A stretch of DNA of 64,000 nt from positions 5,024,001 through 5,088,000 of the forward strand of contig OY843751.1 in NCBI GenBank assembly GCA_963693055.1, read 5' to 3'. This stretch comes from a bacterium. GTDB lineage: Bacteria > Zhuqueibacterota > Zhuqueibacteria > Residuimicrobiales > Krinioviventaceae. Made by a program: the position numbers and the translations under genes. Below are positions 29,349 through 40,213 of this stretch, one piece after another (the first letter of the stretch is position 1; each line of letters opens with the position of its first letter). The notes below the pieces were generated by a model. That model made no database searches. It had not been told where the DNA came from and saw only the letters and a list, made by a program, of their open reading frames with translations.

Positions 29349-30689
29349 ATGTCTGAAAACAAAATATCCCGTAGAAGTATGTTGAAAACCACATCCGCCG
29401 CTGCATTGGCAACAAGCATTCCCACAATTATCCCTGCAACAGCATTGGGCAGCAACGGCAAAGCCCCGGCAAGTGATCGGGTAAATATTGGAATGATTGG
29501 ATGCGGTAACCGGTCAGGTGTTACAAAAGCATATCAGAATTATGAAAAATCACAGATCGTGGCGGTTTGTGATCCCATCAAAGAAAGGCGACTCGCCAGA
29601 AAAGAACAATATGGGAATTGTGCGGATTTTGTTGATTTTCGAGATCTGCTGGCCCAATCAGATATTGATGCGGTACATATTGCTACTCCGGACCATTGGC
29701 ATGTGCCTATCTCTCTGGCTGCCGCCCGCGCCGGAAAAGACATGTATACCGAAAAACCTTTGGGGATCAGTGTTGATCAGTGTGTTGCCGCACACGAGAT
29801 CATTGACAAACACAAACGTATTTTCCAATACGGCACGCAAAATCGATCTATGGCGCAGGTACGCATGGGAATTGAACTGGTTTTGAACGGCCACATTGGA
29901 GACGTTAAAAAAGTGCATGTATGGTGTCCGCAAAGCGAGTATGGCGGTTCTACCCAGACCATGCCCATTCCGGAAGGATTCGATTACGATATGTGGCTGG
30001 GGCCAGCACCGGAAGCGCCGTTTAGTCAGGACCGCTGCCTGAACCAGGGACAACGAAACGGGATTTTCCATATTTATGATTACGCTATTGGATTTATTGC
30101 AGGATGGGGCGCGCACCCCATGGACCAGTTGCAATGGTGGGCCGATCAAATGGGACTCGGAATTCCGGTTCACTATAAAGGCTGTGGAACCCTGCCGGCA
30201 AATGGATTGTTTGATACCATCACCCATTGGGATGTTACCGCCACCTATGCAAACGGATTGCAAATGCGATTCATGGATACCGCTACCGCACGCTTTAAAC
30301 AAAGTGATGATGTAATACCCTACATGAACGAAGCACCTTTTTCTCACGGTACCTTGTTTGAAGGAACAGATGGCTGGGTAGCCGTAACCCGAAGCGGTTG
30401 GAAAGTATTTCCCGAAACGCTGTACCAAAAAGCTAAAAATCCGGGCAAAATCCGACTCATTGAAAATTCACACCATCAAACCCATTTTGTGGATTGTGTA
30501 CTGGACCGCAAACAACCCATCAGCGATCTAAAATCGGCAATCAATTCAGACACCATTTGCCATCTCTCGGATATCTGCATCCGTACCGGACGAGAAGTGA
30601 CCTGGGACCCGCAGAACAATACCATTAAAGGCGACCGCGAGCTAAAAAAACGCATGCACCGCGACATGCGCGCACCGTGGACGTTGTAA
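29349..30689 (+). CDS. Tat-exported Gfo/Idh/MocA oxidoreductase
   Basis: SRRSMLK; IGCGNR, ATPDHWH, YTEKP, QYGTQNRS, YDMWLGPAP. Confidence 0.92.
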   Translation: MSENKISRRSMLKTTSAAALATSIPTIIPATALGSNGKAPASDRVNIGMIGCGNRSGVTKAYQNYEKSQIVAVCDPIKERRLARKEQYGNCADFVDFRDLLAQSDIDAVHIATPDHWHVPISLAAARAGKDMYTEKPLGISVDQCVAAHEIIDKHKRIFQYGTQNRSMAQVRMGIELVLNGHIGDVKKVHVWCPQSEYGGSTQTMPIPEGFDYDMWLGPAPEAPFSQDRCLNQGQRNGIFHIYDYAIGFIAGWGAHPMDQLQWWADQMGLGIPVHYKGCGTLPANGLFDTITHWDVTATYANGLQMRFMDTATARFKQSDDVIPYMNEAPFSHGTLFEGTDGWVAVTRSGWKVFPETLYQKAKNPGKIRLIENSHHQTHFVDCVLDRKQPISDLKSAINSDTICHLSDICIRTGREVTWDPQNNTIKGDRELKKRMHRDMRAPWTL

Positions 30690-30741
30690 ATAAAAACGTG
30701 ATTGCAATGCAGGGATCTGCATTACTGAGCATTTAGCATAG

Positions 30742-30775
30742 TTGCCCGCCACTTTGGACGTGTCGGGCAATTTTT
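30742..30775 (+). terminator. Rho-independent terminator
   Basis: TTGCCCG...CGGGCAA stem followed by TTTTT. Confidence 0.55.
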
Positions 30776-30797
30776 ATATTATTAAAAGATGAACGAT

Positions 30798-30881
30798 GTA
30801 GAATGAAATTCATTTCGTTAGTCTGCTTGTTGTGCAGATTTCTTCTTAGAACTTGCCGTGACAGAGACAATCTCTGTCACG
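30798..30881. repeat. Third REP-like palindrome group
   Basis: GTAGAATGAAATTCATTTCGTT (30798-30819) and CGTGACAGAGA-CAA-TCTCTGTCACG (30857-30881), related to the elements at 18520 and 18543. Confidence 0.7.
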
Positions 30882-30891
30882 ATCGTTTTTT

Positions 30892-31764
30892 TTATTGCTT
30901 ATCTTTTTCTTTAAACAGCTCTCCCACACCGGCAATACTTCCCAAAATACCGCTGACTTCCATGGGCAAAAAGACCTTGGTTGCGTTGCCGTTAGCCACT
31001 TTTTCTAACGCTTCCAAATACTTGATGGCAATCAGATCATTCGTTGGGTTTCCGTCGTGGATCGCTTTATAAACAATAGAAATCGCTTCAGATTCACCAT
31101 TGGCAATAGCAATTTTTTCATACTTGTTTGCATCCGCAACCTGCCTGATTGCCTCAGCTTCACCTTCTGATTTCAATACTGCAGATTTTTTTGCCCCTTC
31201 CGCTTCAAGGATCATGGCGCGGCGTTCACGCTCAGCTTTCATCTGACGGTGCATGGCCTCGGTAACGTCTACAGGCGGTTCAATACGCTGCAGTTCCACG
31301 CGGGTCACTTTGACACCCCATTTATCTGTTGCGTCATCCAATATCTGACGCAATTGGGTATTAATGGCTTCACGGGATGTTAAAGATTCATCCAAAGCCA
31401 TATCACCCACCAGGTTTCTGAGGTTGGTTTGTGCCAGCTTGGTTACTGCCAGCCAGAAATTGGTAACGTTATAGGTCACCTTGACAGGATCGGTAACTTC
31501 GTAATACACAACCGCGTCAACTTCAACAACCACGTTATCTTTGGTAATTACACTTTGTGGAGGTATGTCAACAACATTTTCGCGCATATCTACTTTGGTC
31601 ATATTTTCCAGAAAGGGTAGTATAAAGGAAAGACCACTGTCTGCAATACGCTGGTAACGTCCCAATCTTTCAATCAATCCCTTTTGCCACGGACGAACAA
31701 TTTTCAATCCACTTGCGGCAATAATAAATACAACGATGGCAATAATAATTAACAGAATATCCAT
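30892..31764 (-). CDS. SPFH/Band 7 (stomatin/QmcA-like) protein
   Basis: N-terminal TM; LIERLGRY, QSVITKDNV, QTNLRNLVG, WGVKVTRVE, QMKAERERRA. Confidence 0.93.
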   Translation of the reverse strand: MDILLIIIAIVVFIIAASGLKIVRPWQKGLIERLGRYQRIADSGLSFILPFLENMTKVDMRENVVDIPPQSVITKDNVVVEVDAVVYYEVTDPVKVTYNVTNFWLAVTKLAQTNLRNLVGDMALDESLTSREAINTQLRQILDDATDKWGVKVTRVELQRIEPPVDVTEAMHRQMKAERERRAMILEAEGAKKSAVLKSEGEAEAIRQVADANKYEKIAIANGESEAISIVYKAIHDGNPTNDLIAIKYLEALEKVANGNATKVFLPMEVSGILGSIAGVGELFKEKDKQ

Positions 31765-31765
31765 G

Positions 31766-32215
31766 TTATTCTCCCTCTTCTACAGGTGATACAATTAAAT
31801 GGGTCCCCTCAACTTGGGTCACTTTGACCCTGGTACCCTGCGGAATTATAATACCTTGTTCGCTCGAGGCCCGCCATTCTTCGCGGTCCATTCTCACACT
31901 TCCGGTATTGGAAAAATTATCAATATCTTCTAAAACGATCGCTTCCTTGCCTACAAACCGGTCCGCACCAATGCCGGGAGGTTGCGGCTTTGTGACCTTG
32001 TCCGCAAATTTGCGGGATACGCCCACCAGAATACCCGAAACGACAACAAACGCAAGCAGTTGCCATAACGGTCCAAGTCCCAACAGGGATAAAACACCGG
32101 CAGCGGCAGAACCTACACCGAACCACAGAATAAAAAATCCGGCTGTAAAAATCTCGCCAACAATAAATACTGCGGCAAGTATAAACCAGATTAACCAGGT
32201 TTCTATGCCCAACAT
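31766..32215 (-). CDS. NfeD family protein (YbbJ-like)
   Basis: TM N-terminus with EIFTAGFFILWFG; C-terminal OB-fold GSVRMDREEWRA...VKVTQVEGTHLIV; adjacent to SPFH. Confidence 0.9.
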   Translation of the reverse strand: MLGIETWLIWFILAAVFIVGEIFTAGFFILWFGVGSAAAGVLSLLGLGPLWQLLAFVVVSGILVGVSRKFADKVTKPQPPGIGADRFVGKEAIVLEDIDNFSNTGSVRMDREEWRASSEQGIIIPQGTRVKVTQVEGTHLIVSPVEEGE

Positions 32216-32243
32216 GATAGCCCCTTTCCTTTTTTTCTAATGA

Positions 32244-33905
32244 TTAATGTGAATACATGAATCGTTTAATTTTTTTCGTTGGTGTTTTTTCAAACTCTTC
32301 AGGATACAATTCAATCCTGGCAATACTAATAAAACCGGGAAGCAGCGCATTCAAAGCTTTGCGATTTTCTTCCATAATTTCTGTAATATCGGTTTCACCC
32401 ATCTCTTCTGCATCCGTCATTTCAAGATCAGGATATACCAGTGCTACCAGTTTATCATTCTTTTCAATCACCAGAGATTCCTGAACATAAGGCATATTAT
32501 TAAGTTTGGCTTCCACCTCTTCAGGATAAATATTTTGGCCAGACGCTCCCAATATCATATTCTTACTGCGGCCTTTGATATAAACAAAACCATCCTTGTC
32601 AATCAAGCCCAAATCTCCGGTATGCATCCAACCGTCGGGCTCAATGGTTTCCTTTGTAGCTTTTTCGTTTTTATAATAACCCAGCATTACATTCTCACCC
32701 TTGACCAAAATTTCACCGACTTTGGTTTCAGGATCTTCAGAATCGATCTTGATCTCGAGCGTATCTACACGCTGGCCAATGGCGCCAAATCGATTTTTAT
32801 CCCAGTTTGAATAGCTGATCAAAGGACCGCATTCGGTCATGCCATAACCCACAGTATAAGGGAATCCCACTTTTCTCAAAAACGCCTCTACTTCTTCATT
32901 AAAAGCCGCGCCGCCAATAACAATTTCCAGGAAATTATTGCCAAAGACATCCATCAATTTATTATACACCTTTTTATGAACAATATTCTGTAAAACCGGT
33001 GTTTTTAATAAATATTTTGGCGCGCCTTTGCTGATAGCCGGTTTGATTTGTTTCTTGTAAATCTTTTCAATGATGAGTGGAACAGACAAGATCAGGTTGG
33101 GCTTGACTTCCTGAAAGGCTTTAACAATAATCTTGGGTGACGGAGTTTTGCTCAAAAACGTAATATGGCAGCCAATAGTAAAGGGGAATAAAAATTCAAA
33201 CGCGCAGCCATAAGAGTGTGCCAGGGGCATGAACGACAAAATCCGGTCCCCGCGTTTCAATGAAATATTGTTCCAGGCAAATCTCACATTTGCCATCAGG
33301 CTATTGTGCTGCAGCATAACGCCTTTTGAAAATCCCGTTGTGCCCGAAGTATAAACAATCGCAGCTAATTCAGCATTACTGATCTCCGGAAACTGAATGG
33401 ACTCTTTGCTGAAATTGGAATCACGCTGGGTTCTGGCAGATAATGTTTTTTCCACAATACCGGGGAGATCTTTTTTCTTATGATAGAGCAATTTCATTGT
33501 TTCCAGAGAAAACACCCCTTCTAACTCGGGCATTTCGGATTCATCCAAGGTATCAAAAATAGCCTCAGCAGTAAAAAACAGCACTGAATCCGAATGATTC
33601 ACAATATGTGTCATATCATCAGGACTAAAATCCGGTAATATGGGCACAATCACTGCACCATAGGTAATGCTCGCCAGAAAGGTAACACCCCAATTAACAG
33701 AGTTTTTGCCAACCAGTGCAATCTTGTCGTTTTTTTTAATGCCGCATTCTTTAAACAAATCATGCATCCAACGGATCTCTTTAGCTACATCGCCATAATT
33801 CAAATGGCCGCTTCCATAATTTGAAAAAGCCGGCAGTTCCCAGTTATTTTTCAAACTGTCTTGTAATGTTTTTACAAAATTTTCAGGTAACATGTATACT
33901 CCCAA
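32244..33905 (-). CDS. Long-chain fatty-acid--CoA ligase (AMP-binding)
   Basis: YTSGTTGFSKG, GYGMTECGP, GENVMLGYY, TGDLG, GQNIYPEEVE, KTPTKKIKR. Confidence 0.92.
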   Translation of the reverse strand: MGVYMLPENFVKTLQDSLKNNWELPAFSNYGSGHLNYGDVAKEIRWMHDLFKECGIKKNDKIALVGKNSVNWGVTFLASITYGAVIVPILPDFSPDDMTHIVNHSDSVLFFTAEAIFDTLDESEMPELEGVFSLETMKLLYHKKKDLPGIVEKTLSARTQRDSNFSKESIQFPEISNAELAAIVYTSGTTGFSKGVMLQHNSLMANVRFAWNNISLKRGDRILSFMPLAHSYGCAFEFLFPFTIGCHITFLSKTPSPKIIVKAFQEVKPNLILSVPLIIEKIYKKQIKPAISKGAPKYLLKTPVLQNIVHKKVYNKLMDVFGNNFLEIVIGGAAFNEEVEAFLRKVGFPYTVGYGMTECGPLISYSNWDKNRFGAIGQRVDTLEIKIDSEDPETKVGEILVKGENVMLGYYKNEKATKETIEPDGWMHTGDLGLIDKDGFVYIKGRSKNMILGASGQNIYPEEVEAKLNNMPYVQESLVIEKNDKLVALVYPDLEMTDAEEMGETDITEIMEENRKALNALLPGFISIARIELYPEEFEKTPTKKIKRFMYSH

Positions 33906-33909
33906 AATG

Positions 33910-36900
33910 TTATATATGAATTTCTATATATTTTCCAGTAACTTTGTATTTTTTATTTTCAACAACCGGCAGTTTATGAACAGCCTGAATATAATCATCC
34001 AACTGTTCTGCCTGGTATTGCTCACCCGTCTTGTAATCAATAATCTCAACATGCCCTTCTTTTAAATCAATCATCATTCGGTCTAACCGCAGCTCCTTGC
34101 CGGATTGCGTATAAAGCGTATACTCGGTGAAAACCCGGTCCCACACAGAAGCATCAAACAGCCCGGGATGTTGAGAGACAACATTGCGAGCATTCTGCAT
34201 GAGCGATTCCAACTGTTCTATGGGTAGCAAATTTCCAAAATACCCCAAGGTCTGTTTTCGTGCAAACTCGAACTCCTCATTCGCACCATAATGGACATAT
34301 GACAGATAATAATGAATGATGTTCCCCTTGTCAATATCGCGATTTTTCAGGTAAACACTTTTCAGATCAATGTGTTCCATACGCTGTAAATGCAGGGCAT
34401 CCGGTTGTTTCAATGGACGTCTGCTATAACTCAAATAATCCGTCAGCCAGGCATAATCAACTGCTTCCTTTTCATCTTTTACGTGCTGAACAGTCTTGAA
34501 CGAGCCAGAGGTCCAAACCGATTTATTGGCAGTATTATCTTTACCTGCCTCAAACCGCTGTACCCGGTTCAAAACCGATAAAAACAACAAACGATCAGAG
34601 CGGATCTTTGTACGCTCATCGGGCAGACAATCTTTAATAAATTCGGATATACCGCCTTTTTTCCCCAGTACAAATTGAATGTATAGATTGGTTTTTGCGC
34701 GGGTTAACGCCACATAAATATTGTTCAACTCTTCTATAATATCGCGTTTATCTTTTTGCTCAATCAACGGAGCATATTCTGTTAATTCAAGAATATGATC
34801 ATAATTCAATGTATATATGTAATGTAATAGATGACTGAAATCCTGTTCATAACTCAGATAATACGAAATCTCTCCACCAAAATTCCCACCAAAAGGTGAC
34901 AAATTCCAATAGAGAAACACATTATCATATTCCAGTCCTTTTGATTTATGGATTGTTAACAAGGTAATGGCATTGTATTCTTTAAGTCCAATCTGCTGAA
35001 ACCGTTCATTCTGTTCATTTTCCTGACAGTACTCCAAAAAGCCTTTTAATGAATAGTTGGCATCCGTCTGGGTGAATGCAGCAAGAATTTCCAGGAACCG
35101 GTTTAAATTGACCAGATCATTTTCCTGTTTAAAAATACCGGTAACGTTCCACTTTTCAATGACTTTTTGTGTAAACAATAGCAAATTGGGGTGCGCCGCG
35201 AACACCAGTTCTTTGGCAAGCCGATAGATCTCATCCACTTTTTTCAACGCGCTGATACTGTCCAGGCTGCTGAAAAGATCACTGAGCGAATAGCCATCCT
35301 TTGCATGGTCCCGAATGTACAACATGATTTGTTTCAATGTCTCCGGAGACATTAAAACCAAATCAGAGCGCAAAAACCGCAGCAGATCATAAACATCCTG
35401 ATAGACCAGAAAACGGAAAAGCATCATCAAAGGAACAACTGTCCTATGTTGCAAGATGGACCCCGAAGATTCGAGGATGTAATCAATATCCAGTTCATCC
35501 AAAACCGCGGCAATATGTTTCAGGTCACTATTTTTACGGGCCAGCACAGCGGTTTTCTTGACATCCAGTTGACCAGCCTGCAGCAGTGGTGCCAGGGTCT
35601 GAATCACAAACTCTCGCAGGGCGTCTTCTACCGTAGAGATATCATTATTATCATCCTTGTAATTGGCATAATTTCGCGCCTGAACCTGGATGAATCCATC
35701 ATCCGAGGTCTTATGTACTTGAACCGGATCATAAGGCCAGTGGATATCCAGACTGGTATGCATATCGGTATCCATAAAAACATCATTAATAAAATCCATG
35801 ATCCGGCGATAACTGCGGTACGATGTATTGAGGCTGAATTGATTGCATTCGTTCAAAACAGAGGGCATGGCTAAAAGCAAGTCACGTTCACCACCGCGCC
35901 AGCCATAAATGGATTGTTTCTCATCACCCACAATGATCACACCGCCATATTCTTTGGCGCCCATACCACTGGTAATCTCGTTGATAATTGGCAGCAGTAT
36001 CTTGTATTGGATCATGCTGGTGTCCTGGAACTCGTCAATAAGGATAAAACGGATCTGCGCGGTCAGGTATTCATAAAAGGCATTGGTTACCGAAAAATCA
36101 TCGATCAGAGAAAGATCAGGATCATAGAGATATTTGAACGTATAATACGATACATCACTATGGGTAAACCGTTTATCTCTGAATTTAATCTCGTCATATT
36201 TTTCAAAAACCCGGTTTGCAATCAACCGAATCTCGTCCTGTTCTGCAAACAATTCTTTTTCCAGAATAAACGTAGCCAGATCTTTACGGCATTTTTCAAA
36301 ATCAGCAATTAATGCTTCCTTGATATCCGCATAAGCTTTACCGCGAAAAACTTTGGATCCGTCCCAAAAATATTCCATCCCCAACAGCTTTTTATGATGT
36401 TCTGAAACGACTTCCTGATCAAGATTATCCATAATGCTTGCGGCAAAAACCTGACTGTCCAAATCAGCAGGACTCAGAAACATCTTGATAAAATCCATTT
36501 TAAAATATTGAGAATTGGTCATATTCGGATATGATGAACAGACCTCCGCCTCTAATCGTCTCAATAACGCGGAAAAGGATTTGAAAAATCGCTCATATGC
36601 CTCGTCAATTTGCTGTTCCCGGTTTTTTTGATCAACCTGCGGTTGATCTTCAGCATCCATAAAGTCAAAGATCCAGCGGTTTCGCAGCAACGATTCTATA
36701 AATTTCTGATAATCGGTTATGGTCTTTTTATTTGCACGAAAGAAAAAGTCGTGCATTAATTGTTGTGCCTGCGGATCCCGCTCCTGCATGAGAGAACTGA
36801 ACACTTCTGCAAACACATCATCATGAATGGTATTTTCTATTTCATAATTGGCAATACCAAGATAAGGTGCGATAATGGTTTTAAATATCTCGTTGGTAAA

Positions 36901-37251
36901 AGCGTCAATGGTGCTGATACGTACCTTGTTTTTGTTAACCAGCATATCTTCATAGATTCGTTTTAAAACGGAACGGTCCTTGTCTGATATTTGCAGTCCC
37001 AAAATACTCTGCAAATTCAACAACAATTCCTTACCGTCATCGTCCATCCGGATGATATGGTGCAGATGCTCAAAAATCCTCTCACGAATCTCTGATGTGG
37101 CCTTTTTGGTAAAGGTAATTACCAGCATCTCGCTGTAATGGATGCCCTGTTTATAGTATTTCAACAGCAGTCCAATATATTCCAGAGACAACCGATAGGT
37201 CTTGCCGGTACCCGCGCTGGCGCTGATAATCTTGTTCTCGAGACCGTTCAT
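33910..37251 (-). CDS. addA: AddA/RecB-like UvrD helicase-nuclease
   Basis: ASAGTGKT, ITFTKKA, DEFQDTS, VGDEKQSIYGWRGG, TIHKSKGLE, YVALTRAK; C-terminal nuclease RLDR...IIDYKTG. Confidence 0.88.
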   Translation of the reverse strand: MNGLENKIISASAGTGKTYRLSLEYIGLLLKYYKQGIHYSEMLVITFTKKATSEIRERIFEHLHHIIRMDDDGKELLLNLQSILGLQISDKDRSVLKRIYEDMLVNKNKVRISTIDAFTNEIFKTIIAPYLGIANYEIENTIHDDVFAEVFSSLMQERDPQAQQLMHDFFFRANKKTITDYQKFIESLLRNRWIFDFMDAEDQPQVDQKNREQQIDEAYERFFKSFSALLRRLEAEVCSSYPNMTNSQYFKMDFIKMFLSPADLDSQVFAASIMDNLDQEVVSEHHKKLLGMEYFWDGSKVFRGKAYADIKEALIADFEKCRKDLATFILEKELFAEQDEIRLIANRVFEKYDEIKFRDKRFTHSDVSYYTFKYLYDPDLSLIDDFSVTNAFYEYLTAQIRFILIDEFQDTSMIQYKILLPIINEITSGMGAKEYGGVIIVGDEKQSIYGWRGGERDLLLAMPSVLNECNQFSLNTSYRSYRRIMDFINDVFMDTDMHTSLDIHWPYDPVQVHKTSDDGFIQVQARNYANYKDDNNDISTVEDALREFVIQTLAPLLQAGQLDVKKTAVLARKNSDLKHIAAVLDELDIDYILESSGSILQHRTVVPLMMLFRFLVYQDVYDLLRFLRSDLVLMSPETLKQIMLYIRDHAKDGYSLSDLFSSLDSISALKKVDEIYRLAKELVFAAHPNLLLFTQKVIEKWNVTGIFKQENDLVNLNRFLEILAAFTQTDANYSLKGFLEYCQENEQNERFQQIGLKEYNAITLLTIHKSKGLEYDNVFLYWNLSPFGGNFGGEISYYLSYEQDFSHLLHYIYTLNYDHILELTEYAPLIEQKDKRDIIEELNNIYVALTRAKTNLYIQFVLGKKGGISEFIKDCLPDERTKIRSDRLLFLSVLNRVQRFEAGKDNTANKSVWTSGSFKTVQHVKDEKEAVDYAWLTDYLSYSRRPLKQPDALHLQRMEHIDLKSVYLKNRDIDKGNIIHYYLSYVHYGANEEFEFARKQTLGYFGNLLPIEQLESLMQNARNVVSQHPGLFDASVWDRVFTEYTLYTQSGKELRLDRMMIDLKEGHVEIIDYKTGEQYQAEQLDDYIQAVHKLPVVENKKYKVTGKYIEIHI

Positions 37252-40121
37252 TATTCAGTATCCCCCGAGGTAAAATTCTGCGCAAGATACAGATCTTTGC
37301 GTGTAATATCCGGCATGTATTGCAGTTTACTTTTTTGCTCTGCTAACGAGAATCCCTGTACATTGAGTTTGCTGGCAATTTCGATCAAACTCTCGCTAAA
37401 CGCATCGAAAAGGTCCTGCTTTGTTTTCTGTTTTGATCTGGCGGTAATATATTCCAGCAGTTCTTTTTTTTCTTTTTTCAAAACCTGGTAAAACCATGAA
37501 GAAACAGCATCCTGTTTTTCCGGTTCTTCAAGCAAATGATAAAAGAGTTCATAAATAATCAGTTGTTCTTTTTCAAACTGCCCTGTCTTGAAATCAAAAA
37601 TATAATTCACCTCGTCTTCAGGATCAAAAATGCGCAAATCCGCACGTCCCCTGAACTGAAAGTCCAATTCTAAAATATTCTGCTTTGCCGTCAAAAATGT
37701 TTTATATCGTCTTTCCGCGGCGGTGCCTTCTTCCTCTTCGGGCATAATAATCAGCGACTTGCCAAACAATCCCTGCTCGGTCAGCAGATCAAAAAAGCCA
37801 AAAAGCCCATCTGCCAGGTTGGGTGCGGTAATATATTCAAAATAAGAAAAGGTGTAATCATGCAAGATGCTGTAATAATACTTTGACCAGCGTACCACAT
37901 TTTGGATTGCCCGCATCACCAGATCGCGTTCGATGGGTGCGTCAAAGGCAAATACATCCTCACTTTGCGGATGCAGTAGCCGCCAGCATTCCGTGGCTAC
38001 ATCGTGGGCAATGTTGCCGATTAACCGGGCAGAAAAGTCTCGTTCTACAGCTTTGGGCTTTTCGTCAATACGACAAAAACTGCGCACATAATAGAGGAAT
38101 GGATTCGTTTTCAGATCACGAAATGAAGTATAAGAAAGTCGAATCCGACTGTCAGGATAATCTATTTTTACATCTAGAGGTATACGGTAAAATTCCGGTG
38201 AGTAAATCTTTTTCCTGTCCACATCATAATCCGCACAATCCAGTATGGTATCATATACAGGTTTATAGTTATAACCGGCATCTTTACTATATTGCAAAAC
38301 AGCATCATCAAAATTCAACATCAGTTCTTCTACAAACGAACTGACCTGCACATTATTTTCTATATTTTTCTGAGTATAAAGATATACATTTTTACTGGCC
38401 AGCACCATACGATAAAAATAATACTGTTCTCTCAAACGGACGTCATCATAAATTTTCAGTCCCATATGCTTGCGCTGCTGATCCGTAAAAAGAAATGGAG
38501 ACAACCGCTGTGAAGGGATTTTCCCCTCCATTACATTCAACACCGCTACCGATTCATAAGCAATATTACGGGTATCATTCAGATTGGTTATCTCTACTCT
38601 TGTCCCACCGGGTTCTGTATTCCATTGCCAGGTTTTGGCTTTCATATAGTCTAGAATGATCCTGAGCAGACCCGCCCCGGTTTTATATGTCATGAGATTC
38701 GGATTCTGGACATTCAAATAGGTGTCCCAATCGGTCACAATACCAATAGATTCTATGGATTCCAAATCTGCAAGTAATCGATAAAATACATCCAGTATTG
38801 TTGAATGCTCTTTTTCATGCTGACTTACAATCTGCTTTATCCGAATACCGACTTCGCTGTCTATAAAATCTATCCACTCGGTAAGAGATTTCAATCGTGC
38901 CATTTTTTCAAGCAATACTACAAGAGCATTGCTTAATACAAGTACCTGATCATCCTTAACAAAAGCATTCAGCTCAGTATCCATATCCAGATATTTGTAT
39001 TCCCGGTCAAGCAGGCCGTACAATACATTTAGTATATGTTCACGACTGCTGTCATCGGACGATGGCGTAAAGTAATCTACAAATCCGGGCACCAATACAG
39101 CAGATAATATAGAATCTACAGGCAGTAAATATTTTTTCTGTTTCTCTTCATAGATAATGGAATTGAGGGCCGTATACAAGGCTGTAAAAAAGCGGTATAT
39201 TGAAGACTGGGTGAACGAGACCGATTCGCCCAGGTTAAATTTTTCCGGTGATACCATCGCGGAATAGGGATTTCGATTAAAAGCCGGATCTATGATTTGT
39301 TTTATCTTTTGGGAATCCACCGTACGAGACATTGAGAGTATCATTGAAAAGTCATTGGGGCATTCGGTGATTTTTATATTTTCAACGGCAAATACTTCTG
39401 TCAGATCATGTAAACCAAATGGCTGAATATTTAACGATTCCTGATCCAACAGCTTTTCAGGCAATTGATAATACAGTACAACCTGCTTGTCCAATAACTC
39501 CAACTGCCTGATAATATTTTTTTCCAAATTTGTATAATAAAACTGATTGGCAAAAACAAAACGGTCGTATTTTTCTAAAAAACCGGAATCAGGGTTATCG
39601 GTATTGCGCACAAAAATCAGATCATCAAAGCCCTTTTCAGAGATGAATGCTTTGTAACGGGCTTTGATTTCTAATAATCGGTTAAAATTCTCAATTTGCC
39701 AATCCAGAATATCAACCAAATTTTCTTCAATCAATGTATCCAGAATTTGGTCAGGCACGCACTCTTCATTAAATTCTTCCCATAGTGTAAAAAACTGGTG
39801 CGCCAGCTCTATAGCCTGAAAATAAGAATGGACTCTAAAAACTTTTTTGTCTTCGGTAGTGAGCACCGCATAAAACGCAAGTGTTCGTTTTTCTTCCCGC
39901 AGCAAACTTTTTTGGGTCAGATAGAGTAAGCCTTTAAATTCTTCAATGGTAAGAAACCGGGTATCGCTAAAATCCCATTGCTGTTGAAAAATCCTGAGTG
40001 CCTTTTTCTTGCTGTTTTCATTTGGAAAAACAAAAACAGTACCCTCAAAAGGTTCTTTTTCCAACAGATGAGAAATCACATCCGTAGAAAAACCACAAAA
40101 CTCGAATTCTTTTATAGACAT
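37251..40121 (-). CDS. addB: AddB-like PD-(D/E)XK nuclease subunit
   Basis: Degenerate helicase-like N-terminus (VFVFPN); LSYTS...NPFLYY, GNIAH, FRGRADL, FDFKTG; translationally coupled to addA. Confidence 0.75.
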   Translation of the reverse strand: MSIKEFEFCGFSTDVISHLLEKEPFEGTVFVFPNENSKKKALRIFQQQWDFSDTRFLTIEEFKGLLYLTQKSLLREEKRTLAFYAVLTTEDKKVFRVHSYFQAIELAHQFFTLWEEFNEECVPDQILDTLIEENLVDILDWQIENFNRLLEIKARYKAFISEKGFDDLIFVRNTDNPDSGFLEKYDRFVFANQFYYTNLEKNIIRQLELLDKQVVLYYQLPEKLLDQESLNIQPFGLHDLTEVFAVENIKITECPNDFSMILSMSRTVDSQKIKQIIDPAFNRNPYSAMVSPEKFNLGESVSFTQSSIYRFFTALYTALNSIIYEEKQKKYLLPVDSILSAVLVPGFVDYFTPSSDDSSREHILNVLYGLLDREYKYLDMDTELNAFVKDDQVLVLSNALVVLLEKMARLKSLTEWIDFIDSEVGIRIKQIVSQHEKEHSTILDVFYRLLADLESIESIGIVTDWDTYLNVQNPNLMTYKTGAGLLRIILDYMKAKTWQWNTEPGGTRVEITNLNDTRNIAYESVAVLNVMEGKIPSQRLSPFLFTDQQRKHMGLKIYDDVRLREQYYFYRMVLASKNVYLYTQKNIENNVQVSSFVEELMLNFDDAVLQYSKDAGYNYKPVYDTILDCADYDVDRKKIYSPEFYRIPLDVKIDYPDSRIRLSYTSFRDLKTNPFLYYVRSFCRIDEKPKAVERDFSARLIGNIAHDVATECWRLLHPQSEDVFAFDAPIERDLVMRAIQNVVRWSKYYYSILHDYTFSYFEYITAPNLADGLFGFFDLLTEQGLFGKSLIIMPEEEEGTAAERRYKTFLTAKQNILELDFQFRGRADLRIFDPEDEVNYIFDFKTGQFEKEQLIIYELFYHLLEEPEKQDAVSSWFYQVLKKEKKELLEYITARSKQKTKQDLFDAFSESLIEIASKLNVQGFSLAEQKSKLQYMPDITRKDLYLAQNFTSGDTE

Positions 40122-40213
40122 GGAATAATCCGGATTAGAGAATAAACGTCATAAAATATAAAACAATTCCGCATCAAAACAAAAGATTTATCATCATAAA
40201 ATACAACCAACAA

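Noticed and set aside
33910-40121. Helicase plus nuclease pair as a novel defence system
   Set aside because: Size, order and motifs fit housekeeping AddAB, and base composition matches the host backbone.
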